Below are positions 1 through 7,689 of a stretch of 24,000 nt of DNA, piece by piece. The notes beneath the pieces were generated by a model. That model did not search any database and had not been told where the DNA came from. It was given only the letters and a program-made list of their open reading frames with translations. The position numbers were made by a program, and so were the translations under genes. This stretch comes from Mangrovimonas aestuarii. GTDB taxonomy: Bacteria > Bacteroidota > Bacteroidia > Flavobacteriales > Flavobacteriaceae. Location of the stretch: assembly GCF_028767185.1 (NCBI RefSeq), contig NZ_JARACK010000012.1:4382-28381 (forward strand), given 5' to 3'. Position 1 is the first letter of the stretch; the number at the start of each line of letters is the position of its first letter.

Positions 1-1171
1 AGGTCTAAAATTTTCCAAGCAAGTTACACCAAGGATTTTGGTAATGGTGCCTACACGTGAATTGGTGCTACAGGTTGTTGAGGAAATAGAAAAGTTCTCA
101 AAGTATATTAATGTTCGCGTTATAGGTGTATATGGTGGCGTTAATATAAATACCCACAAAGCGGAAGTAGCTCAGGGAGCAGATATTATTGTAGCTACAC
201 CTGGTCGTTTATACGATTTGGTATTAAGTCGAGCCTTACTCTTAAGAGATATTAAAAAACTGGTTATTGATGAAGTAGATGTCATGCTTGATTTGGGCTT
301 TAGGTTTCAGTTAACCAATATTTTTGATCTGCTACCGGAAAAACGTCAAAATATTATGTTTTCTGCAACAATGACCGACGATATTGCAGACCTTATTCAG
401 GATTTCTTTAGAGGAACCGAACAGATTTCAGTTGCATTAAGCGGTACGCCGTTGGACAATATTAGCCAGCATAGTTATGCGGTCCCTAATTTTTACACCA
501 AGGTAAACCTCTTGACTAATCTTTTAAGAGATAAGGAAACCTTTAGAAAGGTATTGGTGTTTGTTTCCAATAAAAAGAGTGCAGATCGTTTATTTGAAGC
601 TTTAAGCGAAACTTATAACGACGAACTTTGTGTAATACACTCAAATAAAACCCAGAATTACAGAATCCGCTCAATTAATCAGTTTGACGAAGGCATCAAC
701 CGAATTTTGGTTACTACCGATGTTATGGCTCGTGGATTGGATCTTGATAAAATATCCCACGTAGTGAATTTTGATACGCCTTCCTTTCCTGAAAATTATA
801 TGCACCGTATTGGTAGAACTGGTCGGGCAGAAGAGGAGGGAACAGCTCTTTTGTTTCATACTGAAAAAGAGTTGGAAGCCAAAGAAGCCATAGAAAACCT
901 TATGCAGTTGCAAATTCCTATGGAAGAAATGCCAGAAGAGGTTGAAATCTCCAAACAGCTTACTTCAGAAGAACGTCCAAAGGTGACAGAACCAAACAAT
1001 CCGTTAAAACCTTCAGAAGAATATGTTCCTGGACCTAGTTTTCACGAAAAGAAGGAAAAAAACAAAAAGACCAATCAAGGCGGGTCTTACAAGCGTAAGA
1101 TTAAAGAGAAATATAAAAAGCCTAAAACAAGGGGAGATAAAAACTATAATAAGCGTAATAAACGAAAATAA
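1..1171 (+). CDS. DEAD-box family (DEVD variant) ATP-dependent RNA helicase, 5'-truncated by the window edge, with a Lys/Arg-rich C-terminal tail
   Basis: The reading frame is open from nt 2, so the ATG at 38 is internal (..RILVMVPTRELVLQV is motif Ib). Motif II is VIDEVD, motif III is SAT (MFSATMT), and motif VI is HRIGRTGR. The last ~70 aa are a K/R/E-rich low-complexity tail. Confidence 0.93.
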   Translation, partial: GLKFSKQVTPRILVMVPTRELVLQVVEEIEKFSKYINVRVIGVYGGVNINTHKAEVAQGADIIVATPGRLYDLVLSRALLLRDIKKLVIDEVDVMLDLGFRFQLTNIFDLLPEKRQNIMFSATMTDDIADLIQDFFRGTEQISVALSGTPLDNISQHSYAVPNFYTKVNLLTNLLRDKETFRKVLVFVSNKKSADRLFEALSETYNDELCVIHSNKTQNYRIRSINQFDEGINRILVTTDVMARGLDLDKISHVVNFDTPSFPENYMHRIGRTGRAEEEGTALLFHTEKELEAKEAIENLMQLQIPMEEMPEEVEISKQLTSEERPKVTEPNNPLKPSEEYVPGPSFHEKKEKNKKTNQGGSYKRKIKEKYKKPKTRGDKNYNKRNKRK

Positions 1172-1234
1172 TTAGCCTTATTTTTGAATCAAAATATATT
1201 ATTTTACTAACTTATACCCACATTAAATTTTTAA

Positions 1235-1696
1235 ATGGCAAAATCGCAGCAGACATACAACAAGATTGAAAAAGAGAAAAAACGTTTAAAAAAACGTGAA
1301 GAGAAGAAAAAGAAAATGGAAGCTCGTAAGCTAGAGGCTAAGGAAAATGGAAAAAATGGAATTGAGTTCGCTTATGTAGATCAATTTGGAAATTTAACTG
1401 ACACTCCTCCTGATCCTTCAGAAAAAATTGAAGTAGACATTGAAGATATTGAAATTAGTGTTCCGAAATCAGTAAAAAGTGATAATGACACTTTTGATCC
1501 TGTAAGAAGAGGAACTGTAGCATTTTTCAATACCTCAAAAGGTTTTGGTTTTATCGTTGATTCAGAAGACCAAGAGAAATACTTTACCCACGTGAGTGGC
1601 CTTATTGATGAAATTACCGAAAATGATAAGGTAACTTTTGAATTGGAAAAGGGTATGAAGGGAATGAATGCTGTTAAGGTTACCTTGGATAAGTAA
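1235..1696 (+). CDS. Cold-shock-domain protein with a ~90-aa highly charged N-terminal extension
   Basis: The C-terminal ~65 aa carry the CSD RNP1-like KGFGFI and RNP2-like YFTHV motifs (GTVAFFNTSKGFGFIVDSEDQEKYFTHVSG). The N-terminus is K/E-rich (KKRLKKREEKKKKMEARKLEAK). A TAttTTTG -7-like box lies at 1179-1186. Confidence 0.85.
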   Translation: MAKSQQTYNKIEKEKKRLKKREEKKKKMEARKLEAKENGKNGIEFAYVDQFGNLTDTPPDPSEKIEVDIEDIEISVPKSVKSDNDTFDPVRRGTVAFFNTSKGFGFIVDSEDQEKYFTHVSGLIDEITENDKVTFELEKGMKGMNAVKVTLDK

Positions 1697-1731
1697 CCCC
1701 TTATCATGCTTATATAATACTTTGATTAATT

Positions 1732-1754
1732 AAACGCGATTCCGCGTTTTTTTT
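1732..1754. terminator. Rho-independent terminator hairpin between convergent genes
   Basis: AAACGCG (1732-1738), loop ATTC, CGCGTTT (1743-1749), followed by a T-run to 1754. It sits 36 nt after the CSD stop codon and 8 nt from the stop of the minus-strand gene. Confidence 0.65.
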
Positions 1755-1761
1755 ATATGAT

Positions 1762-2130
1762 TTATTTGAAAATTCGCTTTACCGTAGCGATACTATCACA
1801 ATTTTCAACAGTTAACTTCACTGTTTCCTCCTTGATAGATCCTTCTATTAGGTAAATGCCACAAGGTTCTTTTCTGGTATTACTTTCAGAAAAATTTATA
1901 TCACCAGTTCTTAAAGCTTCCCTAAGCTGAACTGTATCTATGGATTTATTTTGAATTAAAATTTTAATTGAATCACTATACATCATTGTTTTGGTAAGTA
2001 TATTCTTCTTTACACGAGATTCAGGTCCATAGCTACAGGACACTTTTTTACCTGTTAAAAAAAAGAATAAAACCACTAGCCCTATGGAGAAGCCTCCTAG
2101 GTAATATCCAACGCGTTGTAATAAAGTCAT
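1762..2130 (-). CDS. Small N-terminally membrane-anchored protein of unknown function
   Basis: 122-aa ORF with one hydrophobic helix (GYYLGGFSIGLVVLFFFLTG). Its ATG (2130-2128) directly abuts the stop codon of the upstream dehydrogenase gene (2133-2131), which suggests co-translation. I have a vague recollection of DUF4258-like proteins in this position in Flavobacteriia, but cannot verify it here. Confidence 0.6.
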   Translation of the reverse strand: MTLLQRVGYYLGGFSIGLVVLFFFLTGKKVSCSYGPESRVKKNILTKTMMYSDSIKILIQNKSIDTVQLREALRTGDINFSESNTRKEPCGIYLIEGSIKEETVKLTVENCDSIATVKRIFK

Positions 2131-3330
2131 TTAGAAGATAAGTAAATTAATATCACTGTGTTTAAGGTCGAACCATTCACCAACTGCTTTGTTGGTTAAA
2201 ATTCCGTGATAAAAATACAACCCATTTTTTAAACCTTTGTCAAATCGAACAGAATTTTCCAAACCACCATCCTCGGCAATTTGTAGCAGATAAGGGGTAA
2301 ATATATTACTTATAGAAATAGAAGCCGACCTAGAGTACCTTGCAGGAATATTGGGTACACAATAATGGATAACCCCATGTTTGATAAATGTTGGGGTTTT
2401 GTGTGTAGTAACTTCACTGGTTTCAAAACATCCACCCATATCAATACTCACATCAATTATTACCGCACCAGGTTTCATTCCTTCAACCATTTCCTCAGTC
2501 ACTAAAATAGGGGCGCGGTCTTTACCACGTACAGCAGCTATAGCAACATCGCAACGTTTTAAAGCTTTAGTTAATATTTTAGGCTGTAGAGTAGATGTAA
2601 ATATGGTTCGCCCTAAATGAGTTTGTATGGTACGTAGTTTAGTGATTGAATTATCAAAAACCTTAACATTGGCACCTAATCCTAAAGCACTTCGTGCGGC
2701 AAACTCCCCAACAGCACCAGCACCTATAATAACGACCTCAATAGGTGGCACACCACTTATGTTGCCAAGCATTAATCCATTACCTTCATTTACGTTTGAC
2801 AATAATTCCGAAGCGATTAAAACCGAGGCCGTACCTGCTATTTCACTAAGCGATCGTACAGCAGGGTAGGTCCCATCATCGTCTCTGATAAACTCAAAAG
2901 CCAAGGCAGTAATACGCTTAGCAGCTAAAGCTTCAAAATATTTTTTGGATTGAGTTTTTAACTGAAGGGCAGATATTAAAATAGTCTGGGGATTAATCAT
3001 TTCTATTTGCTCCAAAGTAGGTGGTTCTACCTTGAGAATCATAGGGCATGAATACACTTTCTCTGTATCCTTTGTGATTTCCGCACCTGCTTCACTATAA
3101 TCGGTATCTGTAAAATTAGCTCCCTTACCAGCATCCGACTCAATTAATACCTTATGGCCATTGCTAATTAAAGCAGAAACAGCATCTGGAGTAAGGCATA
3201 CTCGTCGCTCCTGAAAAGCGGTTTCTTTAGGGATACCTATATATAAGTTTCCTTTACGTTTTAAAATCTCCAGTGTTTCCTCTTGAGGAAGTAATTCCTC
3301 TTTGGTGAATGGTGACTGTGAAAATGCCAT
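2131..3330 (-). CDS. Alanine dehydrogenase / PNT-alpha family NAD(P)-dependent dehydrogenase (AlaDH-like)
   Basis: N-terminal IGIPKETAFQERRVCLTP, Rossmann motif VVIIGAGAVGEFAA, and C-terminal KPGAVIIDVSIDMGG..HGVIHYCVPNIP align by eye with bacterial L-alanine dehydrogenases along the whole length. Confidence 0.82.
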   Translation of the reverse strand: MAFSQSPFTKEELLPQEETLEILKRKGNLYIGIPKETAFQERRVCLTPDAVSALISNGHKVLIESDAGKGANFTDTDYSEAGAEITKDTEKVYSCPMILKVEPPTLEQIEMINPQTILISALQLKTQSKKYFEALAAKRITALAFEFIRDDDGTYPAVRSLSEIAGTASVLIASELLSNVNEGNGLMLGNISGVPPIEVVIIGAGAVGEFAARSALGLGANVKVFDNSITKLRTIQTHLGRTIFTSTLQPKILTKALKRCDVAIAAVRGKDRAPILVTEEMVEGMKPGAVIIDVSIDMGGCFETSEVTTHKTPTFIKHGVIHYCVPNIPARYSRSASISISNIFTPYLLQIAEDGGLENSVRFDKGLKNGLYFYHGILTNKAVGEWFDLKHSDINLLIF

Positions 3331-3472
3331 GAACGAATTAATTAATCATAAGTAGTAATCTACGAATTTAGTTTAATTATTTAACATTTTTCAATATAAA
3401 ATAGCATAATACCGTATCTATTGGGGCTTTCTTCAACCTTGCTATAGATACAGTCTTACATTTCAAACTGCA

Positions 3473-3889
3473 TTAAACTGCTTCCAGTATTTCGTAACGT
3501 TCAAAAAGTTGAATGTTATCCATTAGATGTTGCTTAACAATATGCATCATCCTCTTATTAAGAGCTGAGGAGTTTTTGATGTAATTATTGTATTCCTCAA
3601 CTGTAAACATACCTATAACCATTCCTTTGAGGGAGTTTCTAAACTTCATATCCTTATGAACGGCATTTTCAATGTAATCAATACGTTTATCCAACGTAAG
3701 ATCATAAAATACACTTTTGTGTTTGTGGATATAATTCCTAAACACAGCAATAAACAAATCCCCTTGCAGTTTAACCACAGGTCTAATGGTTAGGGATTGA
3801 AAGCGCTCGTCATGACTCATGTTGTCATGAATGGTAATCGACTCAATTTCAGGTCTAATTTGCTTGAGATACTGTTGTCTTGTATTCAT
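3473..3889 (-). CDS. Hypothetical protein (138 aa), no motif recognised
   Basis: Clean ORF in an otherwise unoccupied interval, with composition typical of the neighbouring genes. I could identify no signal peptide, TM segment or catalytic motif. Confidence 0.6.
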   Translation of the reverse strand: MNTRQQYLKQIRPEIESITIHDNMSHDERFQSLTIRPVVKLQGDLFIAVFRNYIHKHKSVFYDLTLDKRIDYIENAVHKDMKFRNSLKGMVIGMFTVEEYNNYIKNSSALNKRMMHIVKQHLMDNIQLFERYEILEAV

Positions 3890-4010
3890 GATTAATGGTG
3901 TTTACTTAAAGTTACTTATAATCATTATCTATATCGTTATGTAATAATTAACTTGTTAACCGCTTTATCAACATTGATAAAACTTTATATTTAACTCAAA
4001 AATTAAGCTT

Positions 4011-4913
4011 ATGAAATTTGGAAGTGTTCCTAATCCAGAGGAAATAAATTTTAGTCTTCCTCAAGATCATCTAGACACGCTATCGGTTTTAAATAAATTC
4101 AAACAAATTGGCCAGTCTTCTGATGTTTATGTTGGCTGCGCCAAATGGAACCGTGCCGATTTAAAAGGGTTTTACCCTAGAGGTACTAAAGACGAATTGG
4201 TATATTATTCCTCTCAGTTTAATGCAGTAGAACTTAATGCTACGTTTTACAGAATATTCCCTGCGGAGCAATTTGCCAAATGGAAAGAAAAAACGGAAGA
4301 AGGATTTAAGTTTTTTCCAAAGTTATATCAGGAAATCAGTCACTGGAAACGATTGAATGATGTACAGTCAATAGTTGAGAATTATCTCTACAACGCTTCT
4401 AATCTAAAGGATAAACTTGGTACAATATTTTTACAAATGCACAACAACTTTAGTCCCAAGGATTTTGATAGAGTTGTCAATTTTGTAGAACAATGGCCCA
4501 AAGAAGTACCGCTTGCTATTGAGTTTCGCCACACCGATTGGTACAACGACCCAACAGTAGCTACTCAACTTTATATGTTACTGGAAGAAAATAATATCAG
4601 TAATGTCATTGTCGATACTGCTGGCAGACGGGATTTAATGCATATGCGATTGACCAACGGAACTGCTTTTATACGTTATGTGGGATCCAATCACCAAAGT
4701 GATTACACACGTTTGGATGAATGGGTAGGTCGTCTAAAAAAATGGCAAGATCAAGGGGTACGAGAAATAGACTTTTTTATACATCAAAATCTTGAAAAGG
4801 AGTCTCCATTGCTGTCGGCACATTTTATTAAAAAACTTAATGCCTCGCTTGGTTGTAATTTAACCATTCCCAACAATCCTAACAATTATTATTCACAAAA
4901 AATCTTATTATAA
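4011..4913 (+). CDS. DUF72 (YecE/UPF0759-like) family protein
   Basis: Characteristic N-terminal region (VYVGCAKWNRADLKGFYPRG...YYSSQFNAVELNATFYRIFP) and EFRH..W segment (LAIEFRHTDWY) typical of DUF72 TIM-barrel proteins. The stop overlaps the next ATG (TAATG at 4911-4915). Confidence 0.82.
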   Translation: MKFGSVPNPEEINFSLPQDHLDTLSVLNKFKQIGQSSDVYVGCAKWNRADLKGFYPRGTKDELVYYSSQFNAVELNATFYRIFPAEQFAKWKEKTEEGFKFFPKLYQEISHWKRLNDVQSIVENYLYNASNLKDKLGTIFLQMHNNFSPKDFDRVVNFVEQWPKEVPLAIEFRHTDWYNDPTVATQLYMLLEENNISNVIVDTAGRRDLMHMRLTNGTAFIRYVGSNHQSDYTRLDEWVGRLKKWQDQGVREIDFFIHQNLEKESPLLSAHFIKKLNASLGCNLTIPNNPNNYYSQKILL

Positions 4914-5302
4914 TGCGATTTCACACAAGAAAGTGGGTAAAACCCGAAGACCTAAATCCAAATGGCACCTTATTTGGCGGGAGACTTTTAGCTTGGATAG
5001 ACGAAGAAGCGGCTCTTTATTCTATCATACAGTTAGAAAACCCGAAAGTAGTAACCAAGTTCATGTCTGAAATCAATTTTATGAGCTCAGCAAAAGCTGG
5101 TGATATAGTTGAAATTGGTATTGATGTAGTTCATTTTGGTAAAAGCTCGATAACCTTAGCTTGCGAAGTACGTAATAAAATGACCCTAGAAACTATAATT
5201 ACAGTCGATAAGATAATAATGGTTAATCTTGATAAAAATGGTAAGTCGAAGCCTCATGGTAAAACAGAAATTGAGTTTGTTAAAAATCGCTTAGAAAAGT
5301 AA
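4913..5302 (+). CDS. Hotdog-fold acyl-CoA thioesterase (YciA-like)
   Basis: PEDLNPNGTLFGGRLLAWIDEEAALYS is the typical acyl-CoA thioester hydrolase N-terminal motif. The protein is 129 aa and is translationally coupled to the DUF72 gene. Confidence 0.82.
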   Translation: MRFHTRKWVKPEDLNPNGTLFGGRLLAWIDEEAALYSIIQLENPKVVTKFMSEINFMSSAKAGDIVEIGIDVVHFGKSSITLACEVRNKMTLETIITVDKIIMVNLDKNGKSKPHGKTEIEFVKNRLEK

Positions 5303-5396
5303 ATTTCAATTCGTTTTACAACTGATTGAATTACAGCAAAATATTACATTTTATTTTGTAACTTGTAGAGCACTAACCTATTAATCAATATTAAAT

Positions 5397-5903
5397 ATGA
5401 AGTCAATATGTTATTTACTCATTGTTTGTCTAGTGTTTTCTTGCTCTTCAAGTAAATCAACTACCACCGGAATCCCCGGTAAAAAAACACTAAAAGGAAC
5501 GTGGCAGGTCACCAATATTCGCTTTGTTGGTGATAAGGGATTGTACAAAGCATTTTTATTCGACGCAGCCGATTCAGCTTGCTTTAATGGCAGTGAATGG
5601 GTGTTTATTCCAAACAACGGCTCAGGTAAGTTTACAACTGCAGCTTCCACATCGCAATGTAGTGCAGATTCTTATAGAATCCATTGGTCGTTTTATGACG
5701 AAACTGAAGGAGTTACCCAATTTCAGTTTAAATATGTTGATGATAAGAACAAACCAACTGATGCAGGTAATAGGGGATATAGAGCAACTATTGATAAGTT
5801 GGATGAATCTTCTATGGAAATGCGAGTGCCAACCACTTATGAAGGGAATCCATTTGATGTGGTAATGACTTTTAGCAAAACTTCTGACGATATATCATTA
5901 TAA
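5397..5903 (+). CDS. Lipocalin-like lipoprotein
   Basis: Signal peptide with lipobox (LVFS-C16). LKGTWQVTNI.. beta-rich domain, as in lipocalin-like lipoproteins of Bacteroidota. The next gene starts 13 nt downstream. Confidence 0.7.
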   Translation: MKSICYLLIVCLVFSCSSSKSTTTGIPGKKTLKGTWQVTNIRFVGDKGLYKAFLFDAADSACFNGSEWVFIPNNGSGKFTTAASTSQCSADSYRIHWSFYDETEGVTQFQFKYVDDKNKPTDAGNRGYRATIDKLDESSMEMRVPTTYEGNPFDVVMTFSKTSDDISL

Positions 5904-5916
5904 AAATTTAATTCTC

Positions 5917-6585
5917 ATGAAAAAATTAATAAGTATAAGTTTGGCATTGGCATTGGTAGCCTCAATTTCGGGATGCGATGCCATCAAGAATGCAAACAAA
6001 ACTCAAAAAGGAGCAGGATTAGGTGCTGCCGGTGGTGCTCTTGTTGGAGGGCTAATAGGAGGTAACATTAAAGGTGCTTTAATAGGAGCCGCAATTGGAG
6101 GAGCTGCTGGTGGTATAATAGGTAACCAAATGGATAAACAGGCCGATAAAATTGAGGAAGCAATCCCTGGAGCAGAAGTAGATCGAGTAGGGGAAGGTAT
6201 TCAAGTCTATTTTGATGAGAAGAGTGGTGTAACCTTTGCTACCAACAAAGCTACACTTACTGATCAGGCCAAGCAAAATCTAGATGCTGTAGCAGATGTT
6301 TTCAATGAATTTCCAGATACTAATCTTATGGTTGAAGGGCATACTGACGATACTGGAGCTGAAGATTATAATATGAAACTGTCAAAACAGAGAGCTCAAT
6401 CGGTTGTAGATTATTTGATTTCCAAAGGGGTCTCATCAGGTCGTTTTACAGTTCAAGCTTTTGGAGAAACCAAACCTCGCTTTGATAATTCTACAGATGA
6501 GGGACGCTCTAAAAATAGACGGGTAGAAATAGGCATTTCAGCCAACGAAGAAATGATAGAAGATGCTAAAGCACAAGCAAATTAG
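5917..6585 (+). CDS. OmpA-family peptidoglycan-binding lipoprotein with N-terminal glycine-zipper segment (YiaD-like architecture)
   Basis: Lipobox ISG-C20. Glycine zipper GAGLGAAGGALVGGLIGGNIKGALIGAAIGGAAGGIIG. OmpA_C-like domain (VEGHTDDTGAEDYNMKLSKQRAQSV...NRRVEIGI). Confidence 0.9.
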   Translation: MKKLISISLALALVASISGCDAIKNANKTQKGAGLGAAGGALVGGLIGGNIKGALIGAAIGGAAGGIIGNQMDKQADKIEEAIPGAEVDRVGEGIQVYFDEKSGVTFATNKATLTDQAKQNLDAVADVFNEFPDTNLMVEGHTDDTGAEDYNMKLSKQRAQSVVDYLISKGVSSGRFTVQAFGETKPRFDNSTDEGRSKNRRVEIGISANEEMIEDAKAQAN

Positions 6586-6608
6586 TTAATACAAATTTAT
6601 GACTTTTC

Positions 6609-6645
6609 AAAAACCGAACTTTAAAGTTCGGTTTTTGTTTTATTT
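6609..6645 (+). terminator. Strong rho-independent terminator
   Basis: AAAAACCGAACTT / AAGTTCGGTTTTT perfect inverted repeat (6609-6636), followed by GTTTTATTTT. It lies 24 nt after the OmpA-family stop codon. Confidence 0.78.
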
Positions 6646-6765
6646 TAGGTTAATGAGTATTAACTTTTTCTTGATTTACAAAAATTGTTGTTATTTCGAT
6701 TAGTCACAAAACACTCTGTTTTAACTTGTATAAATTATACCATAACTGCCTAAGTATTTTTTACC

Positions 6766-7359
6766 ATGAAACATAAAAAAATTAGTTTGTGCTTGTTCTT
6801 CTTGGAAAAAATCATCCCCTTATCAGCTGATTTTAAATCATTTTTTCACGATAGAATACAACACACAATTTATAAAAAAGGGGAACTGCTAAACAAAAGT
6901 GGCGAAATATGTGACAAATTGTACTTTGTTAAAAAGGGAATGATACGTGGGTATCATGTCATAGAAGGTAAAGAAATAACAACTTGGCTAAGCACAGATG
7001 GTGAGTTTGTTACATCAATTACTGGCTTTTTTAAGAATGAAACAGCTAAAGAAAATATACAAATCATTGAGGATACTGCTTTAGAATACTTATCATACGA
7101 TGATCTTTTAAATGCTTTGGAAATCTTCCCTGAAATGAATAAAATATACACATCACTTTTAATAGAATATTATATTCATGCTGAGAACAGAACATTAATG
7201 TCTCGTATTCCTTCAGCTAAAGGTAGATTTAATCACTTCTTGGAAAATGGCAATAAATTTCTTCTTAATAGAGCCCCTCATAAATACTTAGCATCAATGT
7301 TGAATATACGGCCAGAAACTTTTAGTAGAATGCTGAGAGAATTAACAGTTGTGCAATAA
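6766..7359 (+). CDS. Crp/Fnr-family transcriptional regulator (cNMP-binding domain plus C-terminal HTH)
   Basis: The effector-domain pattern (YKKGELLNKSGEICDKLYFVKKGMIRGY) and the C-terminal HTH (HKYLASMLNIRPETFSRMLREL) are typical of ~190-aa Bacteroidota Crp/Fnr regulators. Confidence 0.85.
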   Translation: MKHKKISLCLFFLEKIIPLSADFKSFFHDRIQHTIYKKGELLNKSGEICDKLYFVKKGMIRGYHVIEGKEITTWLSTDGEFVTSITGFFKNETAKENIQIIEDTALEYLSYDDLLNALEIFPEMNKIYTSLLIEYYIHAENRTLMSRIPSAKGRFNHFLENGNKFLLNRAPHKYLASMLNIRPETFSRMLRELTVVQ

Positions 7360-7548
7360 TTTTTTAATTGTTTTGAAATCGTATAGGACGACTCATACAG
7401 TTGACAAACACCAATAAAGCAGCGGTTATTCTGTCAATTTATACATTTCACATAACTAAAATTATATTTTAGCTTTATTGTATTAGTTTTTTTAATACTT
7501 CTTTGAGGTAAAATCTTTTTACCCAATACTAAAATCATATTACTAATT

Positions 7549-7689
7549 ATGTCATATTTAATCATATATGCTGTTGCTTTATTCGTAGTAATATTCGGAC
7601 TAGGTATCGGTATAGGATATCATTTGGGGCGCTATAAAAACCAAAACACTTTTTATAGCAAAAGAGTGAAATGCATAAGCAATAATTGA
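7549..7689 (+). CDS. Candidate 46-aa single-pass membrane mini-protein (speculative)
   Basis: ATG..TGA ORF MSYLIIYAVALFVVIFGLGIGIGYHLGRYKNQNTFYSKRVKCISNN: a hydrophobic helix with a small-xxx-small G-repeat, then a basic tail. It is the only protein-like ORF in the 722-bp convergent gap. There is no homology evidence, and a 10-bp hairpin lies inside it. Confidence 0.2.
   Translation: MSYLIIYAVALFVVIFGLGIGIGYHLGRYKNQNTFYSKRVKCISNN

Noticed and set aside
38-40. The ATG at 38 as the start of the helicase.
   Set aside because: The frame is open from nt 2, and the protein would lack the Q motif and motifs I and Ia. It is an internal Met of a gene truncated by the window edge.
671-913. An 80-aa antisense ORF inside the helicase gene. 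The same class of nested antisense or alternate-frame ORFs occurs at 1381-1707, 2381-2620, 2627-2869, 5411-5650, 5524-5865, 6079-6276, 6954-7151, 10043-10342, 11736-11975, 13869-14066, 15043-15348, 15345-15581, 15798-16058, 17735-17938, 19014-19205, 19466-19939, 20163-20537, 21346-21663, 21638-21820, 22687-22878, 23082-23333 and 23355-23546.
   Set aside because: Each lies entirely or largely within a gene that has clear family motifs on the other strand or frame. Their translations are low-complexity or odd in composition (rich in S, F, L, C, I) and show no recognisable motifs. They are most simply explained as shadow ORFs.
3414-3451. The inverted repeat GTATCTAT ... ATAGATAC downstream of the 3473-3889 gene, considered as a terminator.
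   Set aside because: The 22-nt loop and the lack of a clean U-tract make it a poor intrinsic terminator. It was not annotated as a feature.
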